The translations under genes were made by a program, and so were the position numbers. The notes under the pieces were generated by a model. That model was not told the DNA's origin and searched no databases. It saw only the letters and a list, made by a program, of their open reading frames with translations. A stretch of DNA of 64,000 nt from assembly GCA_024679065.1 (NCBI GenBank), contig JAGIQG010000017.1, positions 34,410,001 through 34,474,000 of the forward strand, read 5' to 3'. This DNA is from Sphyrna mokarran (Eukaryota). Positions 12,915 through 25,602 of this stretch are shown here, in pieces; positions within the stretch are counted from its first letter, which is position 1, and each line of letters starts with the position of its first letter.

Positions 12915-14030
12915 AGCTGGAAACTACAGGCCAGTTAACTTAACATTTGTCAGGGAAAATGCTAGAAGCTATTACTAATGTTATAGCAGGCCACTTAGAT
13001 AATTGCAAGGTAATCAGACAGAAACAACATGATTTTGTGAGAGAGAAATCATATTTAACCAAAGAAGCAAGAACCGGTGGATGCGCTGTACTTAGATTTC
13101 CAGAAGCAGAAGGTTATTGCAGAAAGTTAAAGCTCATGGTATAGTGGGTAACATTTCGGCATAGAGAATTGGCTAGCTAACAGAAAACGAAGAGTTTGCA
13201 CAAATATGTAATTTTCTGGTTGATATGATGTAATGAGTGGTGTACCACAGGAATCAATGCTGGGCCCTCAAACCTTACAATTTGTATAAATGACATGGAT
13301 GAAAAGATCAATGGTATGGTTGTTAAATTCACTGATGATACAAAGATAGAAAAGTAAGTGCAAAAGAGGACATAAAGAGTCTACGGAAGGATATAGACAG
13401 GTTGAATGAGTGGCAAAGGTCTGACAAATTGAGCATAATGTGAGGTTGTTCATTTTGTCAGGATAAACAAAAAACATATTATCTAAATGTGAGAGATTGC
13501 AGAACTCTGAGATGCAGAGGGATCTATGTGTCCTAGCACACAAATCGTAAAAGGTTAGTATGCAGTTGCAGTAAGTAATAAGCAAAGCTAACAGAATGTT
13601 GTCATTTATACCAAGGCACATTGAATACAAGAGTAAGGAGGTTGTGCTTCAGTTATACAGAGCATTCGTGAGACTACATCTGGTGCACTGTGTACAATAT
13701 TACTCTCCTTATTTAAGGAAAGATGTAAACGCATTAGAAGCAGTTCAGAGAAGATTTTCTAGATGAATACTTGGAAGGGGTGGATTGTTTAATGAGGAAA
13801 GGTTGGACAGGCTACGCTTGTATCCACTGGAGTTTAGAACAGTAATAGGTGTCTTGATTGGAACATATAAGATCCTGAAGGAATTTGACAGGGTAAATGT
13901 AGAAAGGACGCTTCCTCTTGTGGAGAATTTAGAACTAGGGGCTTCTGTTTAAAACTAAGGTGTTGCCCATTTAGGTCAGAATTTTTCCTTCAGAAGGTTG
14001 ACTTTGGAGTTTTCTTCCTCAAAAGGTCAT
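12915..14030 (+). mobile_element. CR1 LINE RT/3' fragment
   Basis: Degenerate NYRPVSLT..GKMLEAI, SGVPQ.S.LGP, KFTDDTK and LQLYRAFVRLHL...LEAVQRRF motifs. Confidence 0.85.
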
Positions 14031-14038
14031 TTTGATAG

Positions 14039-16955
14039 AGAGCTGAATTTTCCCCAAAAACGATTAATCGGCCAGGATTTCCTTGCTATTCACACCCACT
14101 GCTGCTGCAAGAGAGGACAGAAAATTAGGCACTCAGTCAAATCACTGTTCATTGCAGTGGGACAAAGAATCTCGCCAGCATGAACAGCTGGAAAATTCTG
14201 ATTAGTGTCTTTCAAGTAAGAAAACTGATGTAATCAATTTACCCACACTTGGACATTTTTCGGGGGAATGGTGAGTTTTGCACCAGTTCTGGAGGGGTGA
14301 GGGAGGGGTAAGCCCAGCTTCGCAGAGATCAGTCACCTTTCTTAAAGGGTGCCCAAGCTCATATTGAAATTGAGGACCTCTCCTTCGCTGCCCACCCCTC
14401 CCCAGCCTCCTATGGACTTTGGGGATACTGCCACCCTCCTCTCATTAACGGGTGCTTTCCCCAAACCTTCCTCAACAAATGTCACTATCATTCGGGCTGT
14501 CCCAATGGGTCCCCTTTCATGCCCTTTCCCTCCCCTTGGTGCCCTTTCCCCCCCTTGGCACACTTTCCCAACTTTGGCGCCCTACCCCCTCCACCACACG
14601 GCGCCCTTTCCCCCCACCCGCCTGGCACCCTCCCCGCCCTCAGCGCCCTTTCCTGCCCCCTCAGTGTCCTTCCTCACCTCCCCCTTGATGCCCTACTTCA
14701 TGATCCTCCTAATGCCATGTGCCATCAGACTCCACACTCCTCCTCCAGCCCCTTTAGCACTGCCTCCAGTTCACTGACAGTATCCACCTGGACAGTGCTG
14801 GTTTGGCATGTCCCTGACCAATGGGGGCTTCAGTGGCCTCGGTGGGTGTTGAGATTTGTGGTGGACGATTGCACGCTGCTCAATCTTGTTATTGTGAGGG
14901 GCCTCCAGTTTTATGGCAAGAAGCTAAGTAGGAGGAAGAGGAGGAAATGATTATTCAGGAAGAGAAAGAAGGAAGTCAACTTTGCCAGCTACTTAGTTGA
15001 CTATCTATAAAGACCTTATCTAATTATGCTCAAAGTAACCACAACCCAAGCACTCATTCACCAACGATCCCACAAATTACCCTCATGCTTTCATTGATCA
15101 TCATAGTGTCCGTTTGTCTACAAAGCAAAATTAAAAGCTACCACAAAATAAACATCCCAAACCAAATTTATAAATGAAAATGTTCCAAATGGTGTACAGA
15201 AGTTAATTGAACACCCTCCTGCATTTCATTAGTTGGCTGTTTTTCATGTGGTTTTGTCTGTTATAATGTTGGTAATGTTACCCCAGTGGCTACATTAAGG
15301 CTGATGAATGGTTTCTGATTTTTCTTGGAGGAGATTACTGATAGCCTTGGAGGTCGATCTTCAACATTCTTGGCAGTAAAGCTGGACTACAGACTGCACT
15401 GTCTATGAATGGGCCACAGCAGTCTAGTCTGTTTGGCTGGTGGCCAATAGCAAGGGTGCTGGCAGAGTAACAGATATGTGTTAGTAAATGTTGTTGTCTT
15501 GCAAGAGGACAGCAATTTCATGCTCTCTCAACTCCTTTGCCACTCCCCAAGGATATGCATCAGCAATCCAAGTGTTCTGGAGAACAGATTGTTGGCCCAA
15601 TGCGATACCCTGACTGGTCCTATGTACACTGTATTCCAAAGAAGATAGCTGCTGCTTATGCTGCAATGGAAGTTGAAATATTGGTTATCAATGCAGCATC
15701 ATGGTTGAGTCCACAAGTCTACAAATGAAGTTGGCTATCATTTCCATGCTGGAATCAATCAACTTCAAGCTCTGCACAGAGCCCTATGCCAGGTTGGTGC
15801 TGGAATCCTCCAAGTTTCTTGCTCTTTGCCTTGATTTCTGGCAAATTTCCTAATGCACCAAGCACTACCTCCTACGGCACCTGCACTATCCTTACCTCTG
15901 CTGCAGCCCACTAGTGCCCAAAAATTCACCATGTGCAGATCCTGACTCAGTGCTATTGTCCAAGTAGCATACAATGCTAATATCTGAGCTAGTGGCTGCT
16001 AGTCTGATATTGGTATGTTTTCAGTATTGTCTTACTGTTTATCCACTGTCTGACCAGTATGCAATTCCTGGATATCTGAAAGGGGAAGGGTACAAGGGTG
16101 AGGTCACCGTGCAGAGGAGGAGGAAAGTTAGAGGATCACACTCACAGCATCCCATTGCTTGTAAATCAGATGACAGTGCAGCATGAGGATAAGTGAGATG
16201 TGAGAAGGCAGATTAGGCATAAGGGCATCATCAGTATTCTCAGCTCAACTGATGCTCACCATTGGGCATCCCAGTAATGACCTGCACATGCTCCTCCAAT
16301 AGGTATGCCCTATTGATTGTGCACCACCTTGTCTTCCAAGAGAGGGAGGGAGTGTACCGATGTATCCATAAGATCTCTTCAGGTGAATTGGCTGTTGTGC
16401 CTGAATAGCAGGCAGTATGTGCAAGCTGTGAGTTGTGGATGTGAACCTTCCCATAGTGATTGTGTGAGTGTGCAGCGTAACATGTGAATGTCAGGTATGG
16501 AATATGATTGACAGAGATGTAGTAAATTGTCTGAGTCAAGTAATGCAGTTGGGGCATTTGAAGATTCACTTATTGACCTTGACCATTTGTGCGCTGCCAT
16601 TGTAGCAACAAAATCTAAAACCTTTAAGTTTGATTTCTGGCATTCACTTCTGCAGCTATCTGCTACTACTGCCTTCTGATCATGTATCCCTTCAGATACA
16701 GAGCATCTCTCCTCCTTTGCAGATCCTCCACCCAGACCTCCAGTGCAGCATCTGAATACCTTGGAGTCTGCTCTCTCCCAAGCTGTGCTATTACTGAATA
16801 TTTCACAGATCAGATTTGGGTCCTACATGACTGACAGAACCTGATCTAGTCACAATGCAATTGCAGACTAACTGTCCAATGCAGCATTACAATTAATGGG
16901 TGCAGTTTAACTGTGATCCACTTTCCCAGTTTCAGTGACTATCAGATTTAGCCCC
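14039..16955. mobile_element. PIF/Harbinger transposon remnant with transposase C-terminus (+) and Myb/SANT-like gene (-)
   Basis: Degenerate TIRs agagctgaattt / agatttagcccc. On +, 14800-14900 reads VLRFVVDDCTLLNLVIVRG (cf. HARBI1-type RIVVxCCxLHNLAxxRG). On -, 16790-16640 reads QTPRYSDAALEVWVEDLQRRRDALY...QIAAEVNAR (Myb/SANT-like). Confidence 0.75.
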
Positions 16956-16993
16956 TAAATGTTTTGTTGCTTTTTTACAACAGATTTGTTAAT

Positions 16994-17342
16994 TATAGAA
17001 TTATAGAAATCATAGAAACCCTACGGTACAGAAAGAGGCCATTCGGCCCATTGAGTCTGCACTGACGACAATCCCACCCAGGCCCTACCCCCATATCTCT
17101 ACATATTTTACCCACTAATCCCTCTAATCTACGCATCTCAAACACTAAGGGGCAATTTGAGCATGGCCAATCAACCTAACCCGCACATTTTTGGACTGTG
17201 GGAGGAAACCAGTGCACCCGGGAGAAACCCACGGAGATATGAGGAGAATGTGCAAACTCCACACAGACAGTGACCCAAGCCAGGAATCAAACACAGGTCA
17301 CTGGAGCTGTGAAGTGTTAACCACTGTGCTACTATGTTGCCC
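16994..17342 (-). mobile_element. HE1-type V-SINE (subfamily A), full length
   Basis: Reverse-complement HE1 with a (catagaa)n tail, flanked by the direct repeat tgttaat (16987-16993 / 17344-17350). Confidence 0.9.
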
Positions 17343-17740
17343 ATGTTAATGTTTGTATCTCAAAATTAACGTAAGTAAGGTGCAATTGCAAATCTTCTTT
17401 TACAAAAACACTTATGACTAATTGTAGTGCAAATCCATCAAAATGTACCCAAGAGGGGAATATTTACAGAAAAAAACTAACTTTGTACAAGAGGCATGGT
17501 CACAAGCAGTAATTTCATTAATTGGATCAAGGATTACAATGTTCACTGATTAATGTTCACCTCATTATCCACTATTTTTTCGTCAATTTCATTTGATCAT
17601 CTGTCATTTTCCTCTTCCACCTACAGATAATCTTAAGACAAATCAGAGTTAGTAAGTAATAATTTTCAATTTAGATGGTCATTGCACCGGATCTTACCAA
17701 TATTTGGTGCTTGCTTCTAGTGCCTGTTGATGTAAAAGAT

Positions 17741-18033
17741 GGTGCACAATGGTTAGTACTGCTGCCTCTCAGCACCAGCAGCCCAGATTTGATTCCCAGT
17801 TGGAAAACTGCCTATGTGAACTTTGCATGTTCTCCTTGTGTCTACATAGGTTTCTTTTCGGTGCTCCAGTTTTCTCCCACGATCTGAAAGACATGCTAAT
17901 TAGATGCATTGGCCGTGCTAAATTCTTCCTCAATGGACCCAAACAGCCACCGGAGTCTTGTGCCAGGGGATTTTCATAGTAACTCCATTGCGGTGTTAAT
18001 GTAAGCCTACTTATAACACTAATAAATAAACTT
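17741..18033 (+). mobile_element. V-SINE subfamily B (HE1 head/core, alternative tail)
   Basis: HE1-like head and core, then a distinct tail gggattttcatagtaactccattgcggtgttaatgtaagcctacttataacactaataaataaactt. Flanked by aagatgg direct repeats. Confidence 0.85.
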
Positions 18034-20760
18034 CAAGATGGAGTAAATCTGCAAAAATATGCTGAAAGCAGAAAAAACTAAATCAGAGGTGCACCTGAAT
18101 TTGTAATGGGGATCTGAATAATAACTAGTGCTGAACAAATCTGGCCTTGAAAAACTAACTTTATGTTTGTACAGTCTTGCTAAATGTGTGTTGTGATTAG
18201 TTATGAATTTTTAAAAATTATTTTAAAATATTTTAAAGCTATTTTTCAGAATATCTTGACTTTTGCCTTCAAACCATATGCATGACCTAATCTGAATTCT
18301 ATGCATAACTTTAACAAGTAATTTTATTTTCATGCTTTTCATTTTCTGTTTGGCTGCCTGTTCAAATTCTTTAATGTGATTGGCTGCTTGGACAGTGTAG
18401 GAATGGTGTGGAAATATCATGAATTTGTTGCATTCTCAACTTTGCTAAACACATTTATAAAGATGCAAATCATTTTTCTGTCCTTGCTTTGTATGAAATT
18501 GAAAATTTCACATGGAGGATGCAGTGAATTTTTAAGGCACATTCTCAGTGATTTGAGGATGTTACTTAGATGCATTTTTGTTCCACAACTCAAAGTAATG
18601 CATTTCTGTGCATGAAATCAATAGAATCAACACTGGAAATGTAAATCACGGTGTTTTGAAATTGAGACAATACTGTAAGTGCTGATTTCCAATAATACCT
18701 TAAATGCACCCCACCACTCTTTATGGCAAAACGAAAGATTACAAATGTTCAAACTGTCACCACAAAACTTATAGTTCCTTCATTATAAAAATAATGTTAT
18801 GCCATTCAATGATGGTAGTGAGCAAATTTGGGAGATTAAAATATTCCTCCATCCTCTGAGTTTTACTGCATTTAGTTTCATGACAAGAAATTTCCAGATA
18901 TATATACTCAGCTGCATTTTGCAAATCTTAATCTCTCTCCAATCTGAGCCTTAGCATTCAGAACATGTGGTAAAGCCTTAAGAAAGCATAGAAGGAAAAG
19001 AAAAACATTCATCCCACCAAACCCAATCCTTCTAAAAACCAAATAAACCAGCTGTCATGAATCCTACTTAATTAATTTCACATTTACTCACTAACTCCAA
19101 AAGATGAATCATACAAAACTTCATAATAATTACCAAACCTTAATTGGATCTCATTTGTTGTTTGACATCGAGTTGTGTTTGTAATGATTTCAATATCCAT
19201 CTGGAAAATTAACATCTGAAATTTGCCAAAATGTCCAAACTTTGTCAGAGAGGCTAGCATTTCATTAAGCTTTCATGAAGAAAAGGCTTCCTAAAGCATT
19301 TGACAGCCAGAATTATTTTTGAAGTGTTGTTACTGGCGAAATGTAGAAGGCTGATTGGCTGAATGGGACCAACCTCAAATCTTAGGACAAGCTTGAAATC
19401 AGTAACAAATGTGCATAAGTGCATCATTTCTGAATCCAGGATGTGTAAAGCATAGCTGCTATCTTTACAGCTACTGCTGTGGTTGGTTCACAAATCAATG
19501 GTAACAAGTTTTACTTCATTCATGAAAATCATCTGAATTTAAAATATCCTGTACATATGCAAAATGATATAGTTCTTCCACATCTAATGCATTTACAAAA
19601 TATATAAGGATTGGATGAACATGTCATTTTGCTGAATACATCATTCTGCTTAACATGTATTTCAGCTACTCTATGTAATGTGATCAAGGTAAATGACTGT
19701 ACAAGCAGATGAAAGTGTAGGGACAATGGGAGAGGGTTTTTCTAGCAGCCAGCTCTTAAAACTGATCCAGGACCAATGAGTTAATTGCCTAAAACTAATC
19801 AGAACATAGTAATGTGCTTGCAATGCCAAATTCCAATGCCATTCCAAATACTCAATGAAATGTGTTTACATTGCAAAAGCCAACTTTACCATAAATATCC
19901 TTTTGACAAAGCTGAAATATTCACATGGGGCCGTATTTCAAATACTAATGTCACACCTGCACTACAGGCACCAATATCACAATTGTCTCACTTATTCTCA
20001 AGCCTTCAGTCCAGAAATTCAATTTGTAGAACATAGGAGATATATGCTGCAGCTCTATGTAGCACATAAGGTGGCAGTAGACCAAGGAGTTGCTGATGAT
20101 GGCAGTGGGGCAGTGAGGTCGGGGGGTGGGGGTCGGAATTGAGGTGCGAGAAGCTTTGAGAGTATTGAAACCTCTCGTCTTTGTTAGGTGTGAAATGAAC
20201 CACATTGGAAGAGTAAAATTGTGCTGTCCATTTGCTGTTTTATATTTATCCATGCCTCTTTCTGTTTGCTAAAATATTTATTTGCAGTAATTGTCTAATT
20301 GCAAATTCATTATGATTTTAAAAATGATTATTTAGATCATTATGCATTTGTCTTCCAAACCTTAAAGTAATGTGGTGGCCTGCTTGTTTGGTATTTTACT
20401 ATATTGTTTAACATTATTGCTTCATCATTTAAGCAGTTTTTTCCAAAACAAGGGTTTTTTTTGTAGTTCTTGTCAATGCATGTGATCAGTAAGCAATAAT
20501 TCAGATGAGTGTAAATGTTTTTAACATAAGGTATAGAAATAGATGTTACTCAGTCATATTGAAGTACTATTAAACTGCCTATTTGTCAATGAATTCAAAA
20601 TATTTTTAGAATCCAGGTACTCTTTGCATCCAGCCACATCTACTTGCATGCAAATAACAAACAGATGTAGAATGGTTGACCAAGGTTCTATCCAAAATTA
20701 CACATAATATAGATTGAAATTGAAATTAATGTTTCATTTTGCTGCTGATTGTTAGTTTTT

Positions 20761-21012
20761 AAAATTTATTTATTTGTCACAAGTTAGGCTAATGTTAACA
20801 TTGCAATGAAGTTACTGTGAAATCCCTCTAGTCACCACAATCTGGCGCCTGATGAGATCAATGAATCTAACCAGCACGTCTTTCAGAATGTTGGAGGAAA
20901 CCCACACAGAAACGGGAAGAACGTGGAAAGGCCCCACGGACAGTGACCCTAGCCGGGAATCAAACCTGGGGCCCTGGCGCTGTGAAGGAGCAGTGCTAGC
21001 CACCATGCCACC
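20761..21012 (-). mobile_element. V-SINE subfamily B
   Basis: Reverse complement of the B tail (tttatttgtcacaagttaggct..gaagttactgtgaaatcc) plus HE1 core and head. Confidence 0.85.
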
Positions 21013-21740
21013 TATATAGTTATTACAAAATATGTCAGGTTATTTGCAGATTTAGTTAGAAGCATTATTGAGGATATGTTGAATCTGAAAAGATGTATTA
21101 CTTTCTTTCTAAATTATGCTATTTTCATGATTGTGGATATATTTTACAAACTTTTCATCAGACTGTTCGAATAGACTGTTAAAGTTTTATGCAATTGGCT
21201 ACAAAATTAAAATATCAGGTAAGTGATAAATACATTCACTAATTTATGAATTGTATAATTTTCAGATATTTTTAACAGTTACAGATTATAATCATTGCTG
21301 GTTACCTGATGAATAGCTGAATGTAGCACTTGCAGGTTATGACAAATATTGGCAATCAACAGTAGAGCCATTAATATTCTTACCACGGTGAGCAACATCA
21401 CTCTTTAAGGAGTCACTCTGCGTAGTCAGATGTGTAAAAATACAATAATAAAACCAACATGCTGAACGAAGCATGAAACCTGTATAAGGCAAAAAATTCA
21501 ACAATGTAATTTGTGACTCTTTTAAACTGCTCTTAGTATACGCTTATGGTTTATGATATCATCTGATTAAACTACAGCTTTGTAATTCACAGCGAAACAT
21601 TCCTTATTCCCAGTATGGACTTTATTCTTATTTCAGCTGTGCAAAAAAACTCTGTGAAGTGGTTTTTATAGCTCTGAGGTGGTGTTTTTAATAAGTAAAA
21701 TTTAACAGATGTATAATGATTTTTTTTACATTAATCTCAG

Positions 21741-21911
21741 GTGCCAATTATTGTGCCCTGTCACCGAGTGATCTGCAGCAATGGACAGATTGGTAATTAT
21801 ATGGGAGGAAGAGGAAATCACCTCAAACAATGGCTACTGACACATGAGAAGCTTCTGAAAGAGAGCCGAAAAACATCTCAGGGACCTTGTCCAATCCTGC
21901 CACACAGCTAG
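21741..21911 (+). CDS. MGMT: O6-methylguanine-DNA methyltransferase, terminal coding exon
   Basis: After the acceptor tttttttacattaatctcag, the frame reads [56 protein letters not shown] (TAG 21909-21911). It has the diagnostic AGT PCHR active site, GNY.GG and KxWLLxHE, aligning with human [31 protein letters not shown]. Phase-0 junction. Confidence 0.95.
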   Translation: MPIIVPCHRVICSNGQIGNYMGGRGNHLKQWLLTHEKLLKESRKTSQGPCPILPHS

Positions 21912-21933
21912 AATGTACGCCAACAATATTCAG

Positions 21934-21939
21934 AATAAA
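21934..21939 (+). promoter_or_regulatory. Candidate polyadenylation signal (AATAAA) of MGMT
   Basis: First AATAAA after the stop codon. Usage is unverified. Confidence 0.35.
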
Positions 21940-24900
21940 GCAAGCTCTTAACACATCTACTATTATTTAGGGAATTTGTAAATATTTGAGTGACTTAAAA
22001 AGATAAAAGAAACTTGAGAGTCAGATGCATGGTGGCACCACCACTATATTAAAAAGCCTGGATCCATCCTGAGGGACGGGAGCCTTTCTTGTTTTTACAT
22101 TTTACAGAAGAATGAGTACAGAGATCTGTGCATGTTGTGTATGTATGTTGTTCCCGTCTACAGGCTTTTTTTTTGTTCTATTTTTAATGCCCATTAAAGC
22201 AAGGATAAGAGAGTGGGAGGGGCATGGCAAATGTTAGGTGCAACTGCCCCTCTAAGGAAGCATCTGGCTCACAGAGGGGACAGCTGACAGTCTGGAGCTT
22301 GCGTGTTACTGGGAGCAAAATGAAATCCTGAGGCTTCAACTCACACCTATTTATTCCTGCACAGCATTGTATTTGTCCAGCATGGAAAACTGTACCTCAA
22401 CTCAAATGAGTGTCCTGTCCTCTTTGATGTTTGAGCTGCTGAAATAATATTTTTCATAAACACTTCACAAAATGGTCACAAAAGCATTGAATAGGAAACT
22501 GTTTCTTTGCTCAATGCCAATTTAAAAAAAAGTTTGTCACAGCTTAACCTTTTTTTTTTATTTGAAATGCATGTTTCAAGACTTGTGGAAAAGGTGCGCC
22601 GTATGCATTGCGTGTGTGTGTTTTTTTGGTAGTGAAATCCTTCTGCAACAATTATAGAGACAGCTAAATATGTAAAAGTTTCTCTCTTTGTGTATTTCTT
22701 GCAAACCACATGTAATCGGATTCTTGAACTTTGGTAAAGAAACAAGCTCCTTGAAGCTGAAGAAAGGCAAAGCTTGTACATGCTTAATGGTTGAGAATAA
22801 AAATGATTTCAATTACATTAATGGAATATTTTCACTGATGTTATGGGGTCAGACTGAATCCCAGACCAAAGCCCTATTTTGGTTAGTTATGTTTTGTTGG
22901 CCATGCTTTTTCATTCATGGAATTGGGCAAAGAATTTGAGTGTTTTAGTTTACAGTTGTCCTATAGGTTCTTTTCCCATGGAAGTTATTTTATTGGTTAG
23001 ATGATTAGATTGCAGAGGGGGAGCTCTCACTGGTAGAGATGTTGTTTGAGTAGCGACAGTTATCCTGCCCGAGGGAAGATACATTTTCCTGCCCTTTCAT
23101 GCTCCCATTTGTTCTTAGTGTTAGTCAACATGAGCACATGCAAGGATGTGATAATTAGTTTATTCTGAATGCATAAAAAAGAAGAAAAAAATTAAAAATG
23201 CACACTACTGGATAACATAATTTGGGAAAAAAACTGTTGCATTGCATAACCACAAGCCACAGAATAATCAATTGAAACTGCCACAAATTTTCGCAAACAA
23301 GTACCTACCTCTTTCTTATGAACTTTAAAAGTTGCAGTGAAGATATAAGGGGACAGATAAATTACATACTACATTGGGACTGCCACACAATTGATACAAT
23401 AGGATTTCACGCTGTTACACAGATCAAATGTGATAGCCGTTAAATCATATCAGAACAAGATACCTATGCTATAATACCCCATGTGAGAACACATACTTGG
23501 GACGGAAAATGCTTCCTGTCTTTTTAGGGACATGATTTCTCACTTTATTCGCATAACACGTGAAGCTATTTATTGGCTATTCAATTTGTTGTTTCTCTTG
23601 TAGGCTTAATATCCAAGTTTGTTGTAAAGTGACTGGATTAATTAAGTATATAGGACATAAGAGAATGCATAGCCAAGTGCAGTAACTTCATAATAAAGTA
23701 TAAATATGCTTTCATTCAAACACCATCATCAGTCAAAGCATGACAAATAAACTGTCTCTGAGTAAATCATTATAAGTCATCAAAAGACTATTTATGCCCT
23801 GAAACTGTTGTGCTTCATATTTTGAGAATGTTAAAGGTGTAATCAATGACTTGGAATGACTCATGCTTATTATATTACGGCTTTACGTTTTTTTTTAGTT
23901 GCCCATTTTTCTGTGCGTAAAAACCATAAAAATAGATATCTTCAATTTTCTTATTTGTAACGTGGCCTACTTGATATTGATATTTCAGTTTTTAGTAGGA
24001 TTCATTTAAGGTCTTCCTTTAATAATAAATGAAAGATAATTCATTAAAATAGTTTCTATAAATAAAAGATATATCCGACTCTGAAAAATGTAATTTGCTT
24101 TCCAGCCTTGACAGTGTGTCTTCTCCCAGTTCATCCAAATTGTGGTTTACACATGTTAGTAGTGGTTCTCTCTGAGCAAAGTTTTTCCAATAGAGGGCAG
24201 TAGAGTTTAGTGGAATTACATTACAGATCAGGATACGCTCGCAAGAGCAACCACTCTCAATTATTTCTGTTTGAACCTACGACTAGAACACAAGAGTAGC
24301 TCAGCAGAAATTTATACACTGATTTATGTTGCATGTTTTCAGACAAACTGCGTCACCAGCTCATTTCTTCATATGCAATTGCTTTTTTTTTGCTTGTGTG
24401 GTTGCACTTAACGCTGAGCAACTTGCTGCAGCCAGGCAGTGAAATGAAGAATGGCCCTTCTTTACCTACCGATTTCTGATATTGCTAATGATGCCCAGGC
24501 TGCAGACTGGAGTGAGCATTAATGAAGGGTGCTATGACACCAGAACCTCTAGGGGTTTTATTTAAAAAGAAAGGCGAATGCATACTGCCACTTTAGGCGT
24601 ACTTCCAGCATGCCCTCTTCAACCATTATTGCTGATTTCACCTTGTGATTTTTCTTTAAATACTGAACATTATTTGGCATGATCTTCCACCATGAAATAC
24701 TTAACTCTTGTGTGTGAAGCTGCAAAGTGGTGGAGGAGCTAATGGGTGATGTTGTTAGCCCAATTGTTGAAAGAAAGAAGTGTCCTTCAGCCTTGGAATT
24801 GGGTTCCAGTGACCTATCAGATTTCCTCCCCTTCAGTCTTCCAGTGCTTTGAACTGCTGACATTGAGACACTGTGCAGTCAGGCACGACAGCTGTTTCTG

Positions 24901-25305
24901 CATCATCTAATACCAGCACATGCTGTTTTAGACCATTTTGAAAAGGAAAGATAATGAAAGATTCTGAAATAATATTTGTTTTGGCATAGTTATCTTTATA
25001 ATAAAAATAGATGCCCTTGACCACAGGATTTGGAGATAGGGTTAAGTTTGTTGACAGACTGCATTTTGAGGTTTAAAAAGATTTGAGTATTTTCTCTTAT
25101 TTAAAACTTCTCCACAGATTCAACTAAAGGGTAACTGTGCATATTGCTAGTACAGATAAATAACAACACACTTTGTACAGAGTATATCAATGAAGTGCAA
25201 AAGGTGTTTTTTGCAGTTATAATACTGTCTCAGTTTATATAATTCTAGTACTGCTCACATTTTGCTGAATCGTCAAAGGTAGCATCAAGTACAAATGAGC
25301 AAGAT

Positions 25306-25602
25306 AAAGTAATGTCACAAGTAGGCTTACAGTAACACTGCAATGAAATTCTGCGAAAATTCCCTAGTTGCCACACTCCTGTGCCTGTTCAGATACACTG
25401 AGGGAGAGTTTTAGCATGTCCAGTGCACCTAACCAGCACAACCAGGATTGTGGGAGGAAACTGTCGGATCAAGAGGAAACCCGTGGAGATAGAGGGAGAG
25501 TGTTCAGACTCCGCACAGACAGTGACTCAAGCCGGGAGTCGCTCCTGGGTCCTTGGCGCTGTGAGGCAGCAGTGGAAACCATTGTGCCATTGTGCTGCTC
25601 CC
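25306..25602 (-). mobile_element. V-SINE subfamily B
   Basis: tgtcacaagtaggcttacagtaacactgcaatgaa (B tail, reversed) followed by the reversed V core and tRNA-like head. Confidence 0.85.

Noticed and set aside
14349-14950. Pro-rich ORFs of 142-143 aa as host genes
   Set aside because: They arise from a C-rich low-complexity tract within the Harbinger remnant. Only the last part resembles transposase.
1-21740. Penultimate MGMT exon (FTRQVLW...AARAVGGAM.NP type)
   Set aside because: Not found by eye. ORF 19855-20142 (GSGAVRSGGGG) is only superficially similar and lacks the motif. The exon probably lies upstream of the window.
24544-24557. EBF binding site (aacctctaggggtt)
   Set aside because: It mismatches the TCCCNNGGGA consensus and is too weak to call.
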